Source: an uncultured bacterium (GTDB lineage Bacteria > Muiribacteriota > Ozemobacteria > Ozemobacterales > Ozemobacteraceae). From it: a stretch of 48,170 nucleotides of DNA. The stretch covers positions 2,722 to 50,891 of the forward strand of contig CAZQYQ010000002.1 in assembly GCA_964597625.1 (NCBI GenBank). The letters are read 5' to 3'. Under the pieces are notes generated by a model. It saw nothing but the letters and a program-made list of their open reading frames with translations. It was not told the origin of the DNA and ran no database searches. Positions within the stretch are counted from its first letter, which is position 1, and each line of letters begins with the position of its first letter. Shown here piece by piece: positions 26,024 to 34,404 of this stretch. A program made the position numbers and the translations under genes.

Positions 26024-27205
26024 CTATTTTGTTTCCGGCGCCGGAGGCGTCGATGGAGGAACGGGTGGTTTCTTTTTCCCGAAAGCCGCGAGATTCATTT
26101 CCATGGTTTCCGCCCGTTCGGCTTCAAATCGCTTTTTCCGGTCGCGGTCCTCGATCATTTCCTCGAAGCGATGCTTGTCGAGAGCTTTCATCAAGGCCGC
26201 TTCCTCGGTGACGACCCCGGTTCGGACCAGATTGCTCAAAGAATCGTCCATGGCACTCATGCCTTCTTTTTTTCCTGTCTGGATCAACCCGTTCAACTTC
26301 ACGCTTTCCCCCGCCCGGATAACCCCGGGCATTGCCGAGGTATGCAGGAGAATTTCATAGGCGGCGATCCGTCCCGATTCATCGGCTTTGCGCAGCAGCT
26401 GCTGCGAGACCACTGCCTGCAGCGAACCGGCCAGAACGGATCTGATCTGATTTTTCTTCTTGGCAGGGAAGACGTCGACGATCCGGTCGACGGTTTTGGC
26501 CGCCGAGTTCGTGTGAAGCGTACCGAAAACCAGAATTCCCATTTCCGCCGCGCTGCAAGCCAGTTCGATCGTCTCCCGATCGCGCATTTCCCCGACCAGG
26601 ATGACGTTGGCATCGCTCTTCATCGCGCCGTACAGGCCGCTCGAAAACGAATCGGTATGGGTCCCGACTTCGCGATGGATGATCAGGCAGTTTTTGCTCG
26701 GATGAACGAACTCGACCGGTTCCTCGATCGTCACGATCTTGCGGCTGGTCTGTTCGTTGATATGGTTGATGATCGCTGCCAGGGTCGTCGATTTTCCACT
26801 GCCGGTAGGGCCGGTTACCAGGACCAGACCCGATTGGAGTTTGGCAAATCCCTTCAGGACTTCCGGCGCCTTGAGATCGTCGAGAGTGAGAATCTTCGAT
26901 GGAATGATCCGGCAGACAGCGCCGATCCCGCCGAAATGGCGGTAGTAATTGATGCGGAAGCGGGCGAGATCCCCCATCGCGTAAGCGAAATCGATGTCGC
27001 CCATGCACGTGTATTTTTCCCATAATGCCGGAGGCGCGATTTCCTGAAGGATCTCTTTCAGGACCTCACCGCTCAAGACATCCTGGCCGTCGATGGGAGC
27101 CATCTCCCCGTTCCGCCGGATCTTCGGCTTCTGACCTTGTTCGAGGTGAAGATCGGATCCGCCCCGGGCCATCACTTCCTTGAAAAAAGCATGAATTTTC
27201 GCCAT
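26024..27205 (-). CDS. pilT: PilT, type IV pilus retraction ATPase
   Basis: MAKIHAFFKEVMARGGSDLHL, Walker A GPTGSGKSTT, Asp box IVTIEEPVEF, Walker B ILVGEMRD, His box FGTLHTNSAAKT. About 45-aa charged/Pro-rich C-terminal tail. ATG 27205 lies 1 nt after the stop of the upstream gene. Confidence 0.92.
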   Translation of the reverse strand: MAKIHAFFKEVMARGGSDLHLEQGQKPKIRRNGEMAPIDGQDVLSGEVLKEILQEIAPPALWEKYTCMGDIDFAYAMGDLARFRINYYRHFGGIGAVCRIIPSKILTLDDLKAPEVLKGFAKLQSGLVLVTGPTGSGKSTTLAAIINHINEQTSRKIVTIEEPVEFVHPSKNCLIIHREVGTHTDSFSSGLYGAMKSDANVILVGEMRDRETIELACSAAEMGILVFGTLHTNSAAKTVDRIVDVFPAKKKNQIRSVLAGSLQAVVSQQLLRKADESGRIAAYEILLHTSAMPGVIRAGESVKLNGLIQTGKKEGMSAMDDSLSNLVRTGVVTEEAALMKALDKHRFEEMIEDRDRKKRFEAERAETMEMNLAAFGKKKPPVPPSTPPAPETK

Positions 27206-27206
27206 A

Positions 27207-29297
27207 TCATCCCTTCCTGGGACGGAATTTCTCAAAGTCGCGTTTCACTTCGGCCCGGGCATACGCTTCTTCCCCGCTGATGATGCCGGCGTCCAAAAGA
27301 TCGTGCAGTGATTTGTCTATGGTGACCATGCCGGCGGATTTCCCAAGCGTCATGACCGAGGCCAGTTGATGGATTCCTTCCTTGCGGATCATGTTGGAAA
27401 CCGCCGTTGTGACAATCAATACCTCATAGGCGGGAACGACGCCGGTTCCGTCTTTCCGCGGAACCAGCTGCTGACAGATGATCCCCCGAAGGGACTCTGA
27501 GAGCATGTTCTGGAGCATCGCCTGGTCTTCCGGGGGATAGGAATCGGTGAGGCGGCTGATGGTGCGCGCGGCGTTGATGGTGTTCATGGTTCCGAAAACC
27601 AGATGCCCCGTTTCCGCGGCCGAGATGGCAAGCTGCATGCTTTCGAGGTCACGCAATTCGCTGACGACAAGGATGTCCGGATCTTCGCGAAGCGCCCCTT
27701 TCAATGCGTTGGTCTGCGAAAGCGAGTGACAACCGATTTCCCGCTGGGAAACCTGACATTTCGCCGATTCGAAGGTGAACTCGATCGGTTTTTCGATCGT
27801 AACGATGTGGCCACACCGGTCCTGATTGATCATTTCCACAAACGTGGCAAGGGTGCTGGTTTTGCCGCTCCCAACCGGGCCGGTGATGAGTACCAGCCCC
27901 TGAGCCCACTTGGTCAGGTCTTTGCAGGAGGAGGGCATTCCCGACTCTTCGAATGTCCGGATGTTCCACGGAATGACCCGCACGGTGATGTTGAACCCGG
28001 TGAGATGCTTCATCAGCGTGACGCGAAACCGGCCGGCTCCGGTGATGACGATGACGGTTTCCATATCGCCGTGCTGGTAGAACCACTTGAGTTTTCCCGG
28101 ATCGATGCGGCTTTTGTCGATCAACGTCCTGGTCTGCTCTACCGTGAATGCAGCCGTGGATAGGGTTTTCAGTTGTCCGAACTGTCGGTAGAGAATTGGC
28201 TTGGAGGGGGAAATGTGGACATCCGATGCCTGGATCGTCCGTGCCCAGACAAGGATCTGATCGAGACTGCATTCCGGGGATGGTTCGGATGGATGTTGCT
28301 GGGCATAGGGTTTCAAATGAGCTGCCAGAGGGCCTCTTCCTGACAACCCGATGAAATCGGCCGGAAGCGAGTCGTCGATTTCGAGATTCTCGGTTTTCGC
28401 CTGCATCGGGAGGGGTGGTTGAGAACCGGGAAGAATCTTTTCCAATGCCTCCATCGTCTCTTTTTGCGGTTGCGCATCGGAACCCAGGGAGGCAAGAACG
28501 GCTCCTGCCCTGGCAATACCCTTCTCGTTATAGACGCTGAGCGTCTTCAGTGCATTATTGCGGACATTGATATCGGAGGACGCGAGAAGCGGGGTCAGGA
28601 TGTCGACATTCGTATCTTCGGGAAAGAAGCGGAGCACATAGGCCGCGGTCGACTTCATGTTCGCCTGTTTCGAATCGACCATCGCCCTGATCACTTTGGT
28701 GATGTTGGCCGGTCCCAGGTTTTTGACCGCAATCGCCGCGTTTCCACGAACGCGATTATCGGGATCGTCGAGCAATTTCAAAATCGAGGGATACGCCTGA
28801 GGCGATCCGAGCATTCCTGCGGCTTCAACGGCGCTTGCTTTCACCCGCTGATTCTGATTGGCGAGAAAGGGAAGGATATGGGGAAAAGTGGCAGCCGTTC
28901 CCAGTTTTCCAACCGCCATGATCAGCGAAGAAAGCGCCGCCGGATCAGATTCTTTGGGGAGGCGTTCCAGAATCAGGGGAAGCGCCTGTTTCAGTGAATT
29001 GACGACGACATGCCTGATCGCCGCCAATTTCTCATGTTCGTTTCCCTCGAGATACTCTTTCAGTTTTTGTTCGTTGAGCGGCGTTGCGGCCTCTGGTCTG
29101 GGAGCGGTTCCCGCATTCGATTGAATCAGGTTCAAGGCGCGTTTCGCCAGGAATCTCACGTCGCTATGGGGATCATTTTCCGCCAGGTTCTGGATGATCG
29201 CCAGGTTTTCCCTGGTTGGGGTCCGGGACAGGAGGACTAACGCCTGTTTGCGCTCGTTTTCATCCAAAGACCGCAAGAGTTCCTGAATATCTTTCAT
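27207..29297 (-). CDS. HEAT-repeat domain fused to a PilT/PilU-like secretion ATPase (variant His box)
   Basis: Residues 1-270 carry HEAT/PBS-lyase-like units (DPHSDVRFLAKRAL, NQNQRVKASAVEAAGMLG, DPDNRVRGNAAIAVKNLG, SSDINVRNNALKTL). Residues 345-696 form a PilT-like core (ASDVHISP, GPVGSGKTST, IVTIEKPIEF, ILVVSELRD), but the His box reads FGTMNTINAART. Confidence 0.88.
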   Translation of the reverse strand: MKDIQELLRSLDENERKQALVLLSRTPTRENLAIIQNLAENDPHSDVRFLAKRALNLIQSNAGTAPRPEAATPLNEQKLKEYLEGNEHEKLAAIRHVVVNSLKQALPLILERLPKESDPAALSSLIMAVGKLGTAATFPHILPFLANQNQRVKASAVEAAGMLGSPQAYPSILKLLDDPDNRVRGNAAIAVKNLGPANITKVIRAMVDSKQANMKSTAAYVLRFFPEDTNVDILTPLLASSDINVRNNALKTLSVYNEKGIARAGAVLASLGSDAQPQKETMEALEKILPGSQPPLPMQAKTENLEIDDSLPADFIGLSGRGPLAAHLKPYAQQHPSEPSPECSLDQILVWARTIQASDVHISPSKPILYRQFGQLKTLSTAAFTVEQTRTLIDKSRIDPGKLKWFYQHGDMETVIVITGAGRFRVTLMKHLTGFNITVRVIPWNIRTFEESGMPSSCKDLTKWAQGLVLITGPVGSGKTSTLATFVEMINQDRCGHIVTIEKPIEFTFESAKCQVSQREIGCHSLSQTNALKGALREDPDILVVSELRDLESMQLAISAAETGHLVFGTMNTINAARTISRLTDSYPPEDQAMLQNMLSESLRGIICQQLVPRKDGTGVVPAYEVLIVTTAVSNMIRKEGIHQLASVMTLGKSAGMVTIDKSLHDLLDAGIISGEEAYARAEVKRDFEKFRPRKG

Positions 29298-29423
29298 CGT
29301 TCGAACCTGTTCTTTCCGTCCTGAGGGAACGAATTGGCATTGATTCTAGCATGTTCCCCTCATCCGGACAAACAGAGAGCCCCGATATCGGCAGCTGACA
29401 CGATTTTCACCGCCATAACAGGT

Positions 29424-31691
29424 TCATTTTCCCGCGTTGGCGGGCATGCCGGGGGATGATAGATCATGCAGGCGTCTGAATCGAATGGCTTCGGCGATCC
29501 GCTCCGTGAAGCCGGAATCGGGAAGGTTCTCCGGCACAGGAAGGAGGTCGTCGGGAATAATACCATTTCGTATATCTTCTATCAGCAGGTCACGCCTGGT
29601 ATCCGGCAGAGACTCCGCTTTTCCGGCGTTGACCGTTTCCAGATCGGCAAGCCAGGAGCCGTTCTCCGGCTCCGTCGCCGGTGATGCGCAAAGAACCAGG
29701 TCGGGTTTCTGATGCCCGGGCATCGAATCGATCCTGGCCCTCATCGCAGCATACGCGCTCTTCGGCACTTCGATCGACCGATATGCCGACAACCGCTCCC
29801 CGGGCGGAAGTCCGAGCGCTGATATCGGCCATTCATCCGTGGCCGGAACTTCATCGTGCGTTTCCGCATATTCAATGCATCTGAGCCGGGCGGACCGAAC
29901 CGGCCGATACCAGAATTCGCCGGTCACCGGCAGCCAGGAGAGGTTCCCGGCTCGGTCGGACAGCTGAAATCGGTAGAACAACCCTGGTCCCGGTGCCGGG
30001 AGCCACGTTTCGAAGCCTCTACCGCCAAGCGGCAGCTGCCTTTGGTGATAACAGGTCGGCGATTCATCGCAGCGCCTGTACACGAGCCAGACGGTAACCC
30101 GTGACGGATTCGGGTCTGAAACGGCCGTTGCCGGCAGAATCAGTCTGCGGTCATTTTCATCGCCGGGCAACGGAGGCAGAAAGCCCGCGCGGGAATCTTC
30201 AGGAATCCGGGATATACCGGTGGCCACACGGCAGAGAGGAGCATTCAAGCCGGGTTCCGTCCCGGGGCTTGAAATGACGACTCCGCCGGGAATGACAACC
30301 GGGGCGGTCTGGTCGAGGATGACCGTGACGGCACCCGCGAATTCGCTGATATTTCCGGAACTGTCACCCGATGCATCAAAGGTCGTGTCGGCGGCCTGAG
30401 CGAAGATGAGGTTCGACCCGGATTCCAGTTTCACGTTGTCGATGGTGAACGAGCCATCTGCATTGGCTGTTCCGGAACCGATGATCGTGCTTTCACGGCG
30501 CAGCGTTATTTTCACGGGATGGCTGCGGTGCGGCTCATCCGTCGCGGCCCGGCCGGTGATGCGTATGGAGCTCGTATTCACCTGGCTTTTCGGAGGATCG
30601 ATGACCGGCCGGCCGGGGGCTGTCCGGTCGACGATCACCGTCAACGGCGCTCCGCCTGCCGAAACATTTCCGAGAGGATCAACACGGCGGGCCGTGTATT
30701 CATGGCTGCCTTCCGTGACCGATGCAAGCGCGACCGACCAGGAATCGGCACCGGCGGCGAGCTGCGCCGTTCCCACGACCGTTGAGCCTTCCAGCAGCTC
30801 GATTTTCTGCGGCTGGGTCTCGGCCTGAACGGTTCCCTGGAGCGTCAGGGACTCGGAACGGCTCGGCGAACGAGGCACACTGCCGGTTATCGCAACAAGC
30901 CCGTCAGCGGCGGCATCGACCATAAATGCGGTCTGCCCCGCGCCTTCATTGCGGGATGCAGGCGGCTCGGTGGCATCGCGTCCGATTGCGCGCACCGTGT
31001 ATGCGCCGGCCGGCGTTCCGGCGGGAACGGTGATTCTGTACCGGTTATTCGTGAACGGAGCGGTTTCCGGCGTCTCCGGAGTCGGCGCGCTCCATGCGCC
31101 GGGCGAGATCGTCAGCTTCGGAGCTTCGCCGAGATTCTCACCGCTCAATACCTGCACCACGACTTCGTTGTGGCCGGTCGAGGGAGACACAACGGCCCCG
31201 GAGACGACAGACACCGTGATGAGCGGCGGTGTGTGGTCGATTTTCAGGACACCGTTCGCGGGCGCATCGGGGGATCCGGTCGAATGAGGCACGGAAGTTT
31301 CGACCACGGACACCGTGAAACTGTATTCGCCATCGGTGAGCGAGCCTGCCGAAAGCGAGTAATCGGCCTGTCTGTCGGTGGTGTTGAGAGTACCGATCGC
31401 CGAACCGCCGTTTTTGAACGTCGCTCCGAATGGCGGCGTGTCGCCGGTCCAGGCGGCGTGCAGGGTGATGCTCTGGCCGGAGTTATACGGCTTTGTCAGA
31501 TCAGCCGGCGAGGTGACGGCGCACGAAACGCCTGTCACACCGGCGAAAGCCGGTTGCACGCAGAGAACTGCACAAACGGACAGCAGGAAACAGACAATCC
31601 AGTTCCCGCCCGGAAAAGATCTGCCGCCAAAGCCGCCCACACAAAGCCGGCCTGAAGTCCCTTTGCACACTCTCACGGCAATCGCCTCCAT
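29424..31691 (-). CDS. Large exported protein with several bacterial Ig-like domains and an uncharacterised C-terminal region
   Basis: Hydrophobic signal WIVCFLLSVCAVLCVQPAFA. Recurrent domain boundaries IDHTPPLITV, VIVDRTAPGRPVIDPP, VILDQTAPVV. Start uncertain: ATG 31691 lacks an SD, GTG 31676 lies 8 nt after GGAGG, and the track start 31778 gives an Arg-rich extension. Confidence 0.65.
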   Translation of the reverse strand: MEAIAVRVCKGTSGRLCVGGFGGRSFPGGNWIVCFLLSVCAVLCVQPAFAGVTGVSCAVTSPADLTKPYNSGQSITLHAAWTGDTPPFGATFKNGGSAIGTLNTTDRQADYSLSAGSLTDGEYSFTVSVVETSVPHSTGSPDAPANGVLKIDHTPPLITVSVVSGAVVSPSTGHNEVVVQVLSGENLGEAPKLTISPGAWSAPTPETPETAPFTNNRYRITVPAGTPAGAYTVRAIGRDATEPPASRNEGAGQTAFMVDAAADGLVAITGSVPRSPSRSESLTLQGTVQAETQPQKIELLEGSTVVGTAQLAAGADSWSVALASVTEGSHEYTARRVDPLGNVSAGGAPLTVIVDRTAPGRPVIDPPKSQVNTSSIRITGRAATDEPHRSHPVKITLRRESTIIGSGTANADGSFTIDNVKLESGSNLIFAQAADTTFDASGDSSGNISEFAGAVTVILDQTAPVVIPGGVVISSPGTEPGLNAPLCRVATGISRIPEDSRAGFLPPLPGDENDRRLILPATAVSDPNPSRVTVWLVYRRCDESPTCYHQRQLPLGGRGFETWLPAPGPGLFYRFQLSDRAGNLSWLPVTGEFWYRPVRSARLRCIEYAETHDEVPATDEWPISALGLPPGERLSAYRSIEVPKSAYAAMRARIDSMPGHQKPDLVLCASPATEPENGSWLADLETVNAGKAESLPDTRRDLLIEDIRNGIIPDDLLPVPENLPDSGFTERIAEAIRFRRLHDLSSPGMPANAGK

Positions 31692-31996
31692 TTCAGGAGC
31701 TTGAATCGGGTCCTTTCGGCGGCTCTTTCTTCGGCTTTCCGGGGAACGGGAACGCCGGGCGTCCGCGATCCATCTCAAGCGGATGCTTGCCCGGTCTCGG
31801 GATGCGCACCATCAGCTTGCGCCCCAGAAGCGTATTCTGTCGATTCGCGATACCTTTCATCGCTCCATCCGTACTGAACTCTCTTTGAATTATACCCGCC
31901 CACCCGGCTCTCTGGACTCACAGGATCGAATCACGCTCAGAAAGCCAGCGGGGTTCGGCAGTTCTTCCTCAAGCCCGACACAGACACCTCCCGCAT

Positions 31997-33262
31997 TCAG
32001 CCGAAAACCAGCGAACGCAGAAGGAGCGCATTCAGAGCGATCACCACGATGGCGATCGCCCATAAAACGAGTTTCTGGCCGGTATTGTTTGCGTATTTTC
32101 CCATCACCACGGTTGACGAGGTCAGTCGTATCTGCGACACGATGGTAAACGGCAGCTGCATGCTGAGCAGCATCTGGGAGATGATCAGCCCCCGGAACGG
32201 ATCACCGACGAATACGATCGCCATCAGCGCACCGACGATCGTCACAATGATGCCGACCTTCGTATGCCAGTCTTCGGTGTTATATGGCTCACTGAATATA
32301 CCGGCAAATATAGATCCGCCCGCCATCCCGGCCGTCACCGAGGATGAGAGACCGCTCATCAGCAGCGCAAGCGCGAAAATGACGGCGGCGCCGTTTCCAA
32401 GAAGAGGTTCCAGGAGATGCTGGGCTTCTTCCAGTTCGTTCACGGGATTTCCGGTGGCGTAAAAGGCGGCGGCCGCCATGATGATCATCGAGCTGTTGAT
32501 CGCCCAGCCGATCAGCATTGAGAAGAGGGTGTCGAGAAACTCGTATTTCAGCTGGCGTGTGATCGTCGTCTCGTCCTCGAGGTGCCACTGGCGGCTCTGG
32601 ATGACTTCCGAGTGGAGGAAGATGTTATGCGGCATGACGACGGCGCCGAGCACGCTCATGACGATCATCAGGCTTCCCGGCGGGAGAGACGGCCGAACCC
32701 AGGCAGCGGCGGCGGCCGTCCAGTCGATGCGAACGAGCCACAGTTCGACAAGGAAAGCGATGCCGATCAGGGAAACGAAGCCGATGATCCAGCTTTCGAG
32801 ACGCCGGTACGAGTTGGAGAACAGCATATACAGAACAAATATTGCCGTAAGAATACAACCAACGCTCAGGGGAAGGCCGAGCAGCATGCGCAGGCCGATC
32901 GCGGCGCCGAGAATCTCCGCCAGCGCCGTCGCTACGGCGGCAAGCACCGCGCTTCCGAGAACGAACCGGCTGACCGGGCGGGAAAAATGTTTCGTGGCCG
33001 CTTCCGACAGGCAGAGCCCCGTGACGATGCCGAGATGCGCCGCGTTGTGCTGAAGCAGAATCAACATGAACGTGCCGAGGCTGACCATCCAGAGCAGGGA
33101 ATACCCGAACTGGGAGCCGGCAGCGAGGTTCGAGGCCCAGTTGCCGGGGTCGATGAAGCCGACGGTTACAAGCAACCCCGGCCCGACATAACGCAAAAAC
33201 TCCATCACCGCCGGCCGATGGACCACCGACAGGCGCTGCAGAAACTCAAGAAACAGGTTCAT
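31997..33262 (-). CDS. mntH: NRAMP-family divalent metal (Mn2+/Fe2+) transporter
   Basis: GPGLLVTVGFIDPGNWASNLAAGSQFGYSLLWMV (DPGN motif), about 11 TM helices, MPHNIFLHS motif. Confidence 0.9.
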   Translation of the reverse strand: MNLFLEFLQRLSVVHRPAVMEFLRYVGPGLLVTVGFIDPGNWASNLAAGSQFGYSLLWMVSLGTFMLILLQHNAAHLGIVTGLCLSEAATKHFSRPVSRFVLGSAVLAAVATALAEILGAAIGLRMLLGLPLSVGCILTAIFVLYMLFSNSYRRLESWIIGFVSLIGIAFLVELWLVRIDWTAAAAAWVRPSLPPGSLMIVMSVLGAVVMPHNIFLHSEVIQSRQWHLEDETTITRQLKYEFLDTLFSMLIGWAINSSMIIMAAAAFYATGNPVNELEEAQHLLEPLLGNGAAVIFALALLMSGLSSSVTAGMAGGSIFAGIFSEPYNTEDWHTKVGIIVTIVGALMAIVFVGDPFRGLIISQMLLSMQLPFTIVSQIRLTSSTVVMGKYANNTGQKLVLWAIAIVVIALNALLLRSLVFG

Positions 33263-33314
33263 GAGCCGGAATTCTACTACACCCTCCCGCTGCGCGTCAG
33301 GCTTCCACTGCCGA

Positions 33315-34229
33315 TCAGTGCGATTCCAGGCTCAGACCCTTCACGAATTTCGTGAAAGAGACGAGTTTCGGCTCAGCTTCACGATAGCTTTTGCAATACA
33401 GAAAAAACCGGTCTTCGCGTATCTGCACATCGGGAAACAGCATTTTGAGGCAGCCCTGGCGCAGCTCGCTTTGAACGCAGTAGGCAGGAACCAGGGCGAT
33501 CCCGACACCGGTAGCAGCCATGTTGATGAGGCCCCGCAAATGATTCACGGGCAACAGGCGGCGCGGGCTCAACGCGACATCCGGAGGAAGCTGCGCCAGA
33601 AAGCGTTGCCACCAGTCGCCATCGGAGTCGAGGGTAAGCCAGATGAGATGGTTCAGGTCTGAAAGGCGCTTGACCTTCGCCGCGTTCAGAAGCTCCGGAG
33701 CGGCCACGAGAACGTATTTTTCCCGGAACAGGGTTTTGCGGGAAATGCCTTTGCGGGTATAGCCCCGGCAGTCGATGATCAGGTCGAGTTCATCCGCCAG
33801 CAGCGGCTTCAACAGATCGTGACTGAAGGTGAATTCCATTTCAAGCTGTGGATATTTCTGCAGAAACGGCGCCATACCCCGCGCCAGGATGCTGTTTCCA
33901 AATTCGACGGTCGCGCCCACCCTCATCCGTCCGACAAGGTCATTCGAAGCACTCTGATGCATCATCTCACGGCACCGGCGAAGATCCGGGAAAATTCGCC
34001 CGCAGGTTTCAAAGAGCAGCCGTCCTGGTTCGGTAAGCTGCAATGGAGCTCGATCCCGGATGATCAATGCGAACCCGGCGCTGCGTTCGAGCTTTCGTAC
34101 CGCATGGCTGACCGCCGACTGGCTGATATGAAGCCGCTCGGAAGCCTCGGTAAACGTGCGGGAGGAGGCCGCGACAAAGAAGGTCCATAATTGCTGGAGA
34201 TCGAAGCTTTCCTGCTGCGGTGGCTTCAC
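33315..34229 (-). CDS. LysR-family transcriptional regulator
   Basis: N-terminal HTH LQQLWTFFVAASSRTFTEASERLHISQSAVSHAVRKLE, about 300 aa, with a typical co-inducer-domain length. Divergent from pruA. Confidence 0.9.
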   Translation of the reverse strand: MKPPQQESFDLQQLWTFFVAASSRTFTEASERLHISQSAVSHAVRKLERSAGFALIIRDRAPLQLTEPGRLLFETCGRIFPDLRRCREMMHQSASNDLVGRMRVGATVEFGNSILARGMAPFLQKYPQLEMEFTFSHDLLKPLLADELDLIIDCRGYTRKGISRKTLFREKYVLVAAPELLNAAKVKRLSDLNHLIWLTLDSDGDWWQRFLAQLPPDVALSPRRLLPVNHLRGLINMAATGVGIALVPAYCVQSELRQGCLKMLFPDVQIREDRFFLYCKSYREAEPKLVSFTKFVKGLSLESH

Positions 34230-34258
34230 GGGGCTCCTCGTCGGAAATCATGAATTTC

Positions 34259-34277
34259 ATTCATAGGGTAATCGAAT
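34259..34277. promoter_or_regulatory. Candidate LysR box (ATTC-N11-GAAT) in the LysR/pruA divergent region
   Basis: attc (34259-34262), 11 nt, gaat (34274-34277). Fits the T-N11-A dyad rule. Overlaps a second small palindrome tgaat ttc attca (34251-34263). Confidence 0.45.
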
Positions 34278-34404
34278 TCAATTCACTTTTCATCCGTTCT
34301 TTATTTTGTCATGCTGGCATCCGCATGCATACCAGGATACCAGGGAAAAGCATCACAAGACAGCGCATCATGCACATCCGTATCAACGGGAGAAGAGACA
34401 AGCC

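Noticed and set aside
29333-29351. Sigma54-like element ttggcattgattctagcat
   Set aside because: The GG to GC spacing is 13 nt rather than 12. The element points along the + strand, whereas both flanking genes are on the minus strand.
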